Notes: a model not told the origin generated them from the letters alone. 64,000 nt of DNA from Octopus sinensis (GCF_006345805.1 NC_043009.1:54374001-54438000); one strand, 5' to 3'. Numbered from the stretch's first letter, positions 39,198-53,004 are shown. Made by a program: numbers and translations.

Positions 39198-40710
39198 ACC
39201 TCAGTGTGTATGTCTTTCTTTTTATGTTTGCGTTTGTCTATCCCGCACCCTACCATCCGATAATCGGTTTTAGATCGTTTACCCCCCCCCCCCCCAGCTA
39301 GCAGTTCGGCCAAAGAAGTCGGTAGAATAAGTAACAAAATTAGAAATAAACATAAGTACTACGGTTAATCTGTTCGACTAAAACCCTTTAAGGCGATTCT
39401 CCTGCGTGGCGGCGACAATTTTATGACTGTAAATGATTCAATTATGTAACATTACATTCCTTATCTCCAAAACGACAAGACAGAAGGACTACAGCTGGGA
39501 TTAAACAATAATGAAAACGCTAACATTATTTGAACGTTTTAGGCAGCAACCGGCCAGTTTGAACTCAGAATGAAAAAAGATGATATCTTCTTTTTAAGAC
39601 ACACTGTTCGACTTCCTTCCTGTATTTTCTTTAACTAAATTGACCCGTGTATGATACAAATATATTTAAACGTTAACTTTTATTTCCTCAATAAATACAC
39701 AAATAATGACGCGTTTGACCAATGAAAAGTTGTCGGTCTTCAAACCCAGATTATTATAATGCAATGATTTTAAACGATTTTTCCATTAACGTTATGAGTG
39801 GAAAATTTCATAACACTCGACATTTATGTGACGAAGAGAGATATACTGCATTGCATTCAAGTTATCATGAGACAACTACACTGGTAATACCGAAAATGAA
39901 TTAATACCAACAACAACAATTACAATAATGGCTTCTTACATTAATATGCGGCCTCTTAACCCCTATACTTAAAAGCAAGTTATATGTAAGAGGGATTTAT
40001 ATTAGAATAAATCAAATTCATTATATTGCTGCTACTTATTTTATTGATTTTTACATTGTAGGATGTTGTGCTCAGTCATAAAATTATGCAACATATATAT
40101 CATTCAATATGCTAACCGAGCTACGAGAGAGAACTGAGGGTGTTAGGATTGGCTTAACTTTAAATTCATGACAATAATAAAATACCTGAAATCTTTCATC
40201 CAGGGCCATATTTAAACTGCAACCCGGTTTACCCATTTAAATTTCGTACAGCAAATACAGAATAGATATTTTTCATATACCAGGCTATGAAAACAGCGTT
40301 TAATGTATCACTTGTATGAAGCCTATGAAATATCCGTAATAGCAACTGAAACAAGTACACGAGAAACTCTTATGCTTTAAGAGATTGGAATAGACGAATA
40401 TAGGTTTTCGTAGGTTTTCACAAGCACAGTTCTGAAATATCTTCTTCAAACAAGTATTAAAATCAAATCACACCAGTCCAGTACAGATACTTGTATGCGG
40501 CCGCCATCGTTGAGAGAAATAATAATTATATCCGAAGAAATCCGCACTATCGCTTAACAAAATTGAAAATCACACAGGGGAGCCCATTGTTACATAAACT
40601 ACGTTTTTAAATATAACAAAAAATAAGTAGTCACAATTCAGACGCTGTTAATCATAGGTTTGCTTGATCAAATTTATCCTGGAGCTGAACATTTAAATCT
40701 TGACTCAGCC

Positions 40711-41165
40711 AACGTGAGACCCTAGAATACGGTAGATGGGTAATTAGAAATAGCAAGTAAATCTGTCTGAGATTAAATCTTATCACAGTAACATGACACG
40801 AGAAAGGACGCATCCCGCTTTTAACGTGAGACCCTAATATATCCGTACATAAGTATGTTAGAAATAGCAACTAAATCTGTCTAAGAGTTAATCTTCTCAT
40901 TGTAACATGACATGAGAATGGACACATGACGCACATAACGGTAGACCCTACTACACCGTAGACGGAAATGCTAGAAATAGCAACTAAATCTGTTTGAGAT
41001 TAAATCTTATCGCAATAACATGACGTGAGAGAGGACGCATGGCACTTATAGCGTGAGACCCTATTATACTGTAGATGTGTATGTTAGAAATAGCAACTAA
41101 ATCTGTTTAAGATTAAATCTTAACACAGTAACTTGAGATGAGAAAAGATGCATGCCGCTTATAAT
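40711..41165. repeat. ~113-bp minisatellite, ~4 diverged copies
   Basis: agaaatagcaa anchors at 40746, 40860, 40973 and 41086. Confidence 0.92.
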
Positions 41166-41471
41166 GCTAATGGAAAAATTATTTAAACATCACAATGCAA
41201 AAATTCCGTTTCACTTTCACAAACTCCATTATAAAATGGAGTCTTTCAATGTATATAACATCGTCATTATACACACATGGTGTTTTGTTAGAATATTCTA
41301 TCGATTTCCAAGACAAACCAATAAATACAAATCTGATTTTAATCTGAGTTTGAAAAGTGTTTTGACATAAATTTCTATATTTCTGAGTCCCTGGGTAACT
41401 TTTGTCCTATTCTCATGCAATATATATACATAAATAAACGAATATACAAATATATATGTGTGTGTGTGTGT

Positions 41472-41509
<38 letters not shown>

Positions 41510-41995
41510 AGATATATACATATATTTATAATTACAGACACTCACTCATAGATAGATAGATAGACAGACAGACAGATAGATACATAGATAGATAGATAGA
41601 TACACAAACACAGACTTTTTTATAGTATGTATACACATGTATATATACATTATAATGTTTAAAATAAACATCTCGCAAATACAACATTTCTTTATAACAT
41701 AATAAAAAGTCGTTATAAAAAGGGTAACGTCATTTTATGCAAATCATATTAAATTCGGTTGATGGAGCCTATTTCACGATACCATATTCTTACAAAAAGA
41801 AACACAGAAACAATCATTTTCAATATCTTCATCTTATTTTGCTACATTCCCATGTTAATTCTATTGAATGATTGTTTGGTTTTATTCTGATTCATGCAGT
41901 AATTTTCTATTCAAGCTCCAGCTCTTTACTCGACGCTGATGACGATATCACATCAGTTATTTATATAGGTACACACACCCACACACATATGAATG

Positions 41996-42027
<32 letters not shown>

Positions 42028-42241
42028 GATATATACATATATATACATTAAATATATATACATATATATTTCGTTTTTGGATTTGGTTTAAGCATATTCT
42101 GCTGTGTCTAGGGAGAGTCATTTTCTTTTTTTGCCTTACCTCATAATTTAACACACTCACCAGTAAAATTTCCACCTATACCTTATTTTTATTTTCCTAA
42201 AATTTTAGTTGCATCTTTCAATAGTCTTAACTATATATATA

Positions 42242-43502
42242 CGAGGGGCGTTCAATAAGTAATGCCCCTGACCCACTTGCGGTTGTTTGATTTAGCTGAA
42301 ATGTCCACTTATTTATACCTCTATAGATTACGTGGCGAATTACAGCTCTGAACTAATTGTGGTTTCTGATTTACAGGTGTTTGAACTGAGTCAAGTGTGA
42401 AATGGAGCCTGTTGAGTGTCGAGCAGTGATCTGGGTTTTTTATTTGAAAGGACGCACACCACGGGAGACTTTTGATGAAATGAAAGTAACTTATCGTGAT
42501 GATGCCCCATCATATGACCTTGTAAAACGCTGGCATTGTGAATTCAAACATAGTCGGAACTCTGTGGAAACAGCTCCCAGATCTGGTCGCCCCCTTCTGC
42601 CGTTGATGAGACGTCTGTCCGTCAAGTTGAGGCTGCCATTTTGGAAGGTCAACGCATAACTATTCGCCAAGTAGCCCATAAGGTCAAGATTAGTACCGGG
42701 TCTGTGGAAACTATCATTCATGACCATTTGCATATGCAAAAGGTGTCTGCCAGATGGATTTCCAGGTTGCTTACACCTTTCCAGAAGCAAGAACGCGTTG
42801 AGTGCTCGAGGATGAATTTGGAGATGTGCCAAGAAGATGAGTCAACATTTTTCAAAAGACTGATCACACAGGATAAAACCTGGGTCCATCACTATGATCC
42901 ATAGACCAAAGCCCAGTCAATGCAGTGAAAGCACCGTGACTCACCTCCTCCAAAGAAGGCAAGGGTGCAGCCCTCCGCTGACAAGGTTATGCTCACAGTC
43001 TTCTGGGACCAGGACGGAGTAGTGATGACAGATTTCCTGGCAAAGGGTACCACAATTACAGGAGCCTATTATGCTTCACTTTTGAGGAAATTAAGAGAAG
43101 CTATCAAAATCAAGAGGCGGGGCAAGATCAGCAAAGACATCCTCCTCCTGCAGGACAACGCTCCGGTCCACAACTCGCGTGTCGCCAGATCAGAAGCACA
43201 GGCGTGCAGCTATGAACTCCTCCCCTTGCACCCTCTGATTTCACCTCTTCCCAGCCATGAAGTTGATTTTGAAAGGAAAGCGTTCCCAGATGATGCAGCC
43301 TTGATTTCTGAAGTCACGTCGTGGTTGGAGGACCAAGCTGGGGTCTTCTACAAAAACGGTCTCCAGAGCTGTATCAAACGATGGGAGAAATGCATAACTC
43401 TGGGTAGTTCCTATGTAAGAAAAGACTAATAACTGGGCCAAGTGTCGTTGCTCTACTGCTATGCGAAGTGGGTCAGGGGCATTACTTATTGAACGCCCCT
43501 CG
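42242..43502 (+). mobile_element. full-length mariner transposon (irritans/Hsmar2-like ends)
   Basis: Perfect 37-bp TIRs cgaggggcgttcaataagtaatgcccctgacccactt (42242-42278 and 43466-43502), TA on both flanks, 1261 bp. Confidence 0.97.
42402..43429 (+). pseudogene. mariner DDD transposase pseudogene
   Basis: HTH...RSGRP, KVSARWISRLL, ITQDKTW, LQDNAP, KRWEKC. Frameshift near 42600, stops at ~42902 and ~42926, deletion removing YSPD. Confidence 0.95.
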
Positions 43503-43526
43503 TATATATATATATATATATTATAT

Positions 43527-43561
<35 letters not shown>

Positions 43562-44794
43562 TATAAGATATAGTGGACTTTTCATGATATTACTGTAAGG
43601 ATTTTCTGATTTGCACCCGTCTATGACTATGAACTTCAACGACAGGGTTATCTTGGTTTTTATGAGAAATTTATATATTTACGTAATCTCTTTTATATAA
43701 ATAAGCTAAATATCACTTGATACCTTGCAAATGCCTGTTCACTGCATATACACACACATGTAAATTAGCATATACTTTATATATATATATATATATATAT
43801 ACATATATATCACATTATTATATATCTATACATATATAATGTATATTATATCATATATGTATAGATGTATCTTTATACATATATATATCTGAATGTATAC
43901 ATGCATATATGAATACATACATATATATGTACATGTATAGTTACGTATATGTATACCTATGTGTACATATATATATATATACATAAGTATATGTATATAT
44001 ATACATATATCAATATGTATATATGTATATATATATATATATAAATGTGTATATGTATATATATACATACATACATACATACCATACATACATATATACA
44101 TACATACATGCATACATACATACAGACATACGTACGTACATACATATATATTTACTTGTGTGCATTGCTTATGTTTTCATCTAAGTACATATATGTATGA
44201 AAGCATGTGTGGATATATCGGGTATGCACATATCTTAAATATTATTGAATAAATGATATTGAATAATAAATACGCAATGTGAATATGCGTGAAATACTAG
44301 ATCCTTCCATAGTATGGCGTTTCATACTTTTCCTTTGGTTTTTCTCTGGGTTTATATTTTTTTAAAATTTTCTTTCTATATTTCATTTACATTACTTCAT
44401 CCTTCATTCCCTGAAGCAACCTCCCATTATTAACAATCTAGCCACACTGCCTCGGCTCCCATCCAACTCCATCCCTTACTATTAACAGTTTCTTTCTCAC
44501 CGTGTTTAATATATATTTTTTCACGCGACTCTCTAAATCTATATCACATATTCCATATTCATTTTTCTACTATACATATATATATATATGTATGTATGTA
44601 TGCATGTATGTATATACATATTATGTATATATATATTATATATATTATATGTATGTATGTATGTATATACATATATGTATACATATATATATATATGTAT
44701 ACATATATATATGTATACATATTATATATGTATACACATACATATATATATATGTATACATATATATATGTATACATATTATATATATATATAT

Positions 44795-45378
44795 ACTCTT
44801 TACTCTTTTACTTGTTTCAGCCATCCGGCTGAGGCCATGCTGGGGCACCGCCCTTGTTGCTACCCTCTCTAAGTCCAGTTTGCCGTGGCTGGCCACTGAT
44901 CTAAGAGAGAGTTTGTAGCTGCTGCCCTTAGGTTACCTTCGTACCTTGCAGTGGGTTCATCTGGGATCCCGGAAAGCAGCTTGTCTAGATGTTTTTTGAA
45001 TGTCCACATCCGCATCATGTAGATCTCTTAGTTTTCTTGGCAGTTTGTTGAAAAGCTGAGGGCCCCTGAACCCCAGGCTATTACAGTATCTGCTCCTTAC
45101 CCTGGATGTGGAGGACGGGACCTTTGGCACACACAGTGACGTCCTGTACGGGGATTGGAACAGCTCTCAATTCCAAAATTTTGGTGCTAGTCCCTCCAGG
45201 ATTTTCCATATGTATATCACTGCATATCTCTCTCGTCTTCGTTCCAAGGAGTACAAATGGAGTTCCCTAAGCCTCTCCCAATAGTTCTTTTCTTTCATGG
45301 TGGAAATCCTCTTGGTGAAATGTCTTTGGATTGTCTCAAGCTCTGTGGTTAGTTTGACACTATGCGGTGACCACATAT
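44795..45378 (-). mobile_element. CR1/L2-group LINE 3' fragment with complete tail
   Basis: WSPHSVKLTTELETIQRHFTKRI...NYWERLRELHLYSLERRRER. Tail ggcggtgccccagcatggcctcagccggatggctgaaacaagtaaaagagtaaagag. Confidence 0.9.
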
Positions 45379-46057
45379 GCATCTATATATATATACATCT
45401 ATATATATACACTATATATATATGCATCTATATATATATACATATGCATTTATATATATATATATATATATAATATATATTATATATATTATATATATAC
45501 ATAATTGTATATATATGTATATATATATATAATATATATTAATATATATTTATACACACACATATATACTATTGAAACTGAACATGGAATGGGATGCAGG
45601 TTTAGAGAGGTGGTGTGAAAAGATATATATTATATTATTATATATAATATGTTATATATATATATATACATATATGATCGTTGCCTTTTCCTCATTTATC
45701 TTCTTTCTCCCTCTTTTGCCTCTTCTCCTTTACAGAGTATATTTCTTCCGTTCCTTTCTCACACATTTTGTTCGATATTTATCATTTATAAATCTATTTT
45801 TTACGTACATTTTCGTCAATATATTTCCATATGTATATTTTTTGTGTGTTTGGTATATTTCATGTGCTTTAAAACAATATTTTCATGGTCGCTTGTTAGT
45901 GTGCATAGTCAGATATAGCGAGTGTTTACATGTCTATTGTTTGCGTTTTAAATTCTGTGTATGCGTGCGCCTGTCTGCGTATATATTTGTACGTCTGTAA
46001 TTGCATGCATTTGCATATCTAATGTCACTGCATATATATATGAAATAAACGACTATG

Positions 46058-46133
46058 TGCGTGTCTCAATTTAATATTCTGTAAGGCTTGTATAAATACA
46101 GACATATTCATATATACACATATATATACTCAG

Positions 46134-46179
<46 letters not shown>

Positions 46180-46470
46180 ATGTATATAACACATACATTA
46201 TATATTCATGTATATATATTATATATATAATATATATATATATATTCATGTATATATGTATATATATATATTCTGTATATATGTATATATTATATATATA
46301 TATATGCGCGTGTCTCAATTAATATTCTGTAATGCTTGTATAATACATACATATAGACATATATATACTCATATATATATGTGTGTGTGTGCGTATGTAT
46401 ATAACACATACATTATATATTCATGTATATATATATACATATATATATATGTATATAAATATATATATAT
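46058..46470. repeat. diverged ~250-bp tandem duplication of low-complexity DNA
   Basis: gcgtgtctcaatt(t)aatattctgtaa.gcttgtataa at 46058 and 46308; gtatgtatataacac.atacattatatattcatg repeated. Confidence 0.8.
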
Positions 46471-46716
46471 ATATATGTATATGTATATAAATTTTTAAAT
46501 TGTTTTACAAAACTTGCCATAAACACATTAATACGCGTGCATACATCCATGTATGTGTCTATGTGTGTGTGTGTGCTTGTGTTTGTACCTGTTCCTGCTT
46601 ACGTGTTTATGTCAATATGTGCATGTATATGCCATAATTTTTACTTTTATACTTTTATGTTTTATACGAATTAAATATTCTAGCATGTTTGTCTGTTCAT
46701 TATTATGTGACCTGTT

Positions 46717-46925
46717 GAAGGCGGCGAGCTGGCAGATGGACGAAATACTTAGCTGTTTCGCCCGTCGCTCCTCTCTGAGTTCAAATTCCGCCGTGGTTGA
46801 CTTTGCCACTCATCTTTTCGAGTTGATAAATTAAGTATCTGTTCAACACTGGGGTCGGTCTAATCGACTCATCCCCTCCCCCCGAAAATTGCTGGCCTTG
46901 TGGAACAAATTTGGAACCATTATTA
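46717..46925 (+). mobile_element. SINE family D
   Basis: gaaggcggcgagctggcaga...ctgagttcaaattccgccg...cactggggtcgg. Confidence 0.85.
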
Positions 46926-47654
46926 TGAAACCTGTAGATAGATACGCAAGTCATTTTATAATGAACATCTTATAATTCAAAAATGATGTCCTCTCAATTA
47001 AGGTGCTAAGTAGTAAATTTTGTTAATTCTGGCATGGTGAGTATAGTGAGTAGAGGAAATTAAAATCTTGGAATGTTTAATTTAAAATGATAATAGAAAC
47101 AAATTTTTAGTTATTGCATGCAGTCGTCTATAACATTAATGCATATTTGTGAACGAATATATAATATGAACCAACACAACATCGTATATAAAAAAAACAT
47201 ACAGGGATGAAAACCTGTTTTCCGTTTGAAAAATTAATCAAGTCTGAAAAAATTGTTTTTTCACCAAATTTTAATAAATATTATATTATACTGTCCATAC
47301 CTTTATGGAAAAAAATACATATAAATTTAGTCATTTATAGGTTGTTTTTTTTTTGCTTTTAAAATTAATCAGCATTTATTTAGTGGTAGTATAATTACAA
47401 CATAAACAAAACACAAAATATAGAACCAAGACCGTAAGTTATTTAAAAAATTCAAGCTTTTATATCTCTAAGGGTTTTTATGCTAAATTATAAATTACAA
47501 AAACTTTATATGTGTATATTCATATACACATGCATAAATACATACGTACATACATGCCTACATGCACACACGCACGCACACACCCATACACATGTTGGAA
47601 TATATATAACATACATATATATAATAATTATATATATGTATGTAGTATTTATTC

Positions 47655-47686
<32 letters not shown>

Positions 47687-47726
47687 CCTATCATACACAC
47701 ACACACACCACACACACACACACACA

Positions 47727-47790
<64 letters not shown>

Positions 47791-47792
<2 letters not shown>

Positions 47793-47941
47793 CGCAGGCG
47801 TGGCTGAGTGACATGAAGCTTCCTTCCAACTACATAGTTCCGGGTTCAGTCCCACTTCGTGGCATCTTCTACTGTAGCCTCGGCTCGACCACAGCCTTGT
47901 GAGTGGATTTGATATCGGAAACTGAAAGAAGCCTGTTGTAT
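47791..47941 (+). mobile_element. SINE family A 5' half
   Basis: ggcgcaggcgtggctgagtg...ccgggttcagtccc...ggaaactgaaagaagcc. Confidence 0.85.
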
Positions 47942-48439
47942 ATATACATATATATATATATAAACGTGCGGTGATCTTTCTGGCTGGGGAAGAAATAACC
48001 AAAATTTCTTCTCACATACATTTTTGAATCAAATTGACATGTTCATATTATACAGTTATTTTTTTTAATCACATTTTATATTAAGGATGTTCTGTAATTC
48101 GAAAACGTCTAAAATATTAGTTGAATAAACACAGAAAACTACGTGCGTGTTATCTTTTCACCGTTTTTCTGATGGAAGCAGAATGTCAAATTGCTTTCCT
48201 TTTCCTATGTAAGTGTTACATAGCAACATAAGATTATACATATCAGAGGTATTGCGAATTGACAGAAACTTAATCTAAGCGTATAAGTATATATTATCAT
48301 CTAAAACTGTTCATTATCAACTCTTACAAGAAAAAAATTGTCTTTGAGGCATTTTTATCGGAAAGATGTTATAATATTACACCGAAAAGGATGTAACAGC
48401 TCATGTTTTGATTGTGGATTGATTTCTAGTTTGCTTTGT

Positions 48440-49960
48440 GGAACTTTAGGTTGGATATGGTTTGAGTCCTTCTTATAGGGTGGATGTCAGAAGTTTACCT
48501 ATAGAATTAACTATACATTGTTAATTCTATAATGTTAGGATCCAAAAGAGTTGTTGGTGTTACCTTCACATTATGGATAATTTTCACATTGTTTGTGAAG
48601 CAGAGATCCAAAATATTGCTTCCCCTGGAGTATCAAATGTTCTATGAACAGCATGCTAAAAAGTTCCATCAATTATTTTGCTTGGTTTTGTTCATGCAGT
48701 GACATTCAGGACAGGATGTGGCCTTCAGGCCTTTTAACATTTGGGAGGTTGAAATCACCCAAGAGGAGTATATTCATGTGTTGGTCCAGATTTGTCAAAA
48801 CCTCTTCTATGCGTCTGAGTCTATCCTCAAATTTACCCTCATTCTTTGAGGTATCTGGTGAACGGTATGTTGTGCATACAACATCAATTTGTTTTATGTG
48901 TACTATTAAAGTATCACAGACTGAGTTTGAATGTGACAACAGTACTAGGGGTGTGACATCACGGATGGACATGGCAACTCCTCCATGTCTTCTATCTCTT
49001 GGTCTGTTCGATGTACGGCATATTCTGGTATGTGTATTTCTGCATCTGTTATACTAGATGTTAGATGCGTTTCTGTAAGTGCCATGCATATTGCTTCATT
49101 GCATGCAGCAAGGTCTTTAAGGTAGAGAAATTGGTCTCTGCTACTTTTCTGGGCCATGCTTTAAAAAGCTTGTTGTTCAAATAGCTGCAGTTCACACAGC
49201 CTTTGCATATTGCCTTTTGTGGGGAACAGAGGGTATGTGTGAACTCCTTTCCTTGTGGGACCTGTTGGTTCTTGTTGGTGAATTATGGGCTCATAGGTCC
49301 GAGGTTTTGGTAAGCCCTTTCTGCGACCTGTTTGTTTTGTCGCCCTACTTGTTAATCTGGCGGTGTTTGGGATAGGGAAATTTGCAGTTTGCTCCGTTTT
49401 CTCGTTGCCCGCAGGTGCCATACATGTAAAATTTACAAATAATCTGTTTCTTTGTATAGGTTCGTGCTTGGGTTTTGGGCTTGTTAGTTTTCACGTTTTT
49501 CCTGGCTGCTTTGTCTGTTTGCCTGTCTCTGTATTTTAGTGTGGTACTGTTTTGACTGCATTCACTACAGCCATTGCATCTTTCAGTACCGTTTGTAATA
49601 CTGGTGGCATTTGCCTTCTTTGTGTCATCCGCTTGGCCTTCCTGGGTTTGATCAGAGCAAACAGGCTCTTGATTGTCATCTTTGCCGCTTGTTTCCCTCA
49701 TAATGCCCTCTAGGAGGTCAAGATATGGCTTTATAAGATCATAGGAGCGTATAAACTCCTGTTTCTTCCGCGGAATTTGGACCATAGACCTGTAGAAATT
49801 ATATCTGTACAGGGTCATTTGCTGGTGATCCGTCGGCGAAGTTCCATGCTTGTACAAAAAGGAGAATTTCCTCTTATTGCCAGTTTCGACGCATCATTTT
49901 TTTCTTAATAGCCTCAATCTAGCACTGTACAAAGCTTCGTCTGCTGGTATTCATAATGCA
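48440..49960 (-). pseudogene. CR1/L2-group LINE 5' portion: ORF1 with CCCH-like finger and ORF2 AP-endonuclease relic
   Basis: ORF1 CKFYMYGTCGQRENGANCKFPYPK. ORF2 ALTETHL, YRSP, LLGDFNLP, NILDLCFTN. Frameshifted. Confidence 0.85.
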
Positions 49961-50426
49961 CGATTATTTGCCAAGAAGGGTGTTAACTTAGTATAGAAAA
50001 ATAATTGAAAGGAAAAGGATAAAGCGAAATAGAATAAAATACGATAAATAGAATATGTTAAGTAGATAAAATATAATACGGGGAGTAAATAATAAAATAC
50101 GAAATAGAAATATCCTGAGTTGTTCTATTTGTTTTACAAAAAGTTTTTGATTAGAGGTTTAACCTATTAGATAAATTAATACGATGAGATAAGATGAATA
50201 AAAAAATAAAACATATTAAGCAGATAAAATATTATACGGAGAATACGAAATAGAGATTTTTAAGGGAGAGAAAAAGGAAGAATTTACATGTAATTAGAGA
50301 CGTTTAAAATTTACCTTAATTGTTGGTGCGAGAAAAGAGATACGTAAATGATTTACTGATTGCGGATCTTAAGATCGGCAATATTTCAAATAATTGTACT
50401 TACTTAACTTACGTTCATTCACAGGG

Positions 50427-50488
<62 letters not shown>

Positions 50489-51057
50489 CATTTTAGAAAC
50501 ATTTCACAATCGAAAATCATCCCCCCAAAAAATCTTTTTTGCTGAAAACAAAACGTGTTGATATAGTCGAAAAACTTGGTACCCATCGAAGAGGGCGTTC
50601 AGTCAAAGTATCTCTCTTTCTGGTAGTAAACAACAGTTATTTCAATTGTCACCAAATTTGATCAGTTAACCTTTCAGTTTTACATTCACCCAGCGAATAA
50701 TTTCATTTCTTAGGTTTAATAAATCAGAAATTTTACCGCGTATTTCCGACGATATCATGAAGGATACATTCCGCAGTATAAAAAATAAATAAATTCGGTT
50801 ATATACGTCAGCCAAAATACTCTACTTCAGACACTGGTTGGAAATGCTAACGTTTCTATATTTCAGCAGATATATCAATTTTTGGGAAAAACGCATTTGT
50901 CAGTGGTTTTTAGATCTCTTCAGGGGAACGATATAAATGACATCTATGCAGCTGGTGCCATGTTTGTATGTATATATATATATATAATTTAATAAATAAA
51001 ATATATGCATACATACATACATATATGTACGTACCTACATCTACATGTATATATACA

Positions 51058-51113
<56 letters not shown>

Positions 51114-51130
51114 TGTGTGTGTGTGTGTGT

Positions 51131-51438
51131 GAGTACAGGACACCACAAATAAACGTAGAACACAACGAGAAACGAAAACATAAAAACAACTAGGAAACGG
51201 ACTTTTTTAACAACGAAAAACAAGAGTACAAGACAAACAATACAAGGAATATTCTCCTTCGTCAGCTGTCCCTGGATCGACTCAATGCGTATTTCGAAGG
51301 TAAGGACAGAACACGACCCGTCGATACAGTCCTTCCTGCAAAAGAATTAAATAAAATTCCTTTGCAGAGGGGTAAAAACAAGGAAAGAAAAAACTTAAAA
51401 ACAACTAGGAAACGGACTTTTTTTAACAACGAAAAAAC
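51131..51438 (-). mobile_element. PLE-like non-coding terminal fragment with ~42-bp direct repeat
   Basis: taaaaacaactaggaaacggactttttt(t)aacaacgaaaaa at 51181 and 51396; microsatellite-flanked; T-rich minus strand resembles 27045-27240. Confidence 0.5.
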
Positions 51439-51618
51439 ATATATATATATGCATGCACAAATGAATAATTACATACGGGCACATTACACCTGTTTCTTGC
51501 GCAACTTCTTAATAGAAGAATGAGAACATTACTCTATTGCAAAAACCGTAATCATCACATGAAAAGTAATTTCCTGTAAATCCGTACTAGGTGTAGTTTA
51601 TTATACATATATATATAT

Positions 51619-51650
<32 letters not shown>

Positions 51651-51888
51651 CAAAAATGAAAAGAAAATGGAGATTTACAATTGACACATTTGAATGTATT
51701 AACAAATTATTATATTATTATCAAAATAATACATATATAAATATTATGATCCTACATTTGGTTTACTTCAGACTCAATAATGAATTTATAAAAATTGATG
51801 TTTATTGGTAACAATGTCATCGAAAATGCTTGACAAACGTTACACACACACATATATATATAAATATGCATATGTGTATATATATATA

Positions 51889-51940
<52 letters not shown>

Positions 51941-51989
51941 TATATATATATATATAAATATGCATATGTATATATATATATAAATATGC

Positions 51990-52027
<38 letters not shown>

Positions 52028-52429
52028 GTAAGCATGTGTGTTGTTATATTTTTCCAGTCAATATGTGCGACGGAGTGCATAGGACATTATGCATCCTCGT
52101 ATGCATGTGTCAATCAATGCCGGAGAGAAACGAGACAAAGTTGAAATTATATAATAGACAAGCCAATAGGAAAATAGATCTGTCATGATTTCCACGCCAT
52201 GAATGCACTAATTTACAACGTAATTACGAATTATAATTATATTTAGTGAATTGCCTTCACACACACGCACACACACTAATTCATACAGACGTACACACAT
52301 AAACAGACACACGCACACACATTAATTAATACAGATGTACACACATAAACAGACACACGTACACACACGCATAAATACACACACACTCACACATATATAT
52401 ATATAGGTATGTATGTATACATACATATA

Positions 52430-52479
<50 letters not shown>

Positions 52480-52927
52480 ACATACACATAGGTACGTACA
52501 TACATACATATGAATTTATAAATGTATATATATGCATGTATGTATAAATATGTGAATATATATGCATATATATATGTATATACTCACGCTCACATACATA
52601 TATACATATATATAAACACATACATATATATATGTGTGTGTGCCTGTATGTGAGCATATATGTGTATGTGTGAGCCTGTGTCTGGCGCATGTATATGCGT
52701 GTTTGTATGAGTCTTTTAAACCAAATCCACGCTCAACTGGAGAAAGTAATATAAAAGATAAAAAAACCTGTTATAACCTCTGACATATAATCACATTAAA
52801 TCAATTTCCGCTCTGCAGTTTTTGTCTCAATTTACGAAGAAAACAATTAAGCCGTATCCAGACAGTATTCTGAAATATTCCATGATTATTCTTATAGATA
52901 TAGAAAAACGAGTATAAAAAATAACGA

Positions 52928-52971
<44 letters not shown>

Positions 52972-53004
52972 TGATGATGATGATGATGATAATAATAATA
53001 ATAA

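Larger units (their letters stand above)
38350..39430 (+). mobile_element. old SINE family A split by an expanded microsatellite with nested insertions
   Basis: 5' half 38350-38510 and 3' half 39210-39430 in the same orientation and order. Confidence 0.6.

Noticed and set aside
40711-41165. Regularly spaced repeats resembling a CRISPR array
   Set aside because: The whole unit is repeated with divergence, there are no unique spacers or cas genes, and the context is eukaryotic.
42060-42232. (TA)n-flanked ~170-bp insert next to the mariner
   Set aside because: Probably another repeat fragment, but no diagnostic motif survives to classify it.
50845-50928. Minus-strand CTGAAGAG...GAAACGTT
   Set aside because: Helices I and II do not pair convincingly.
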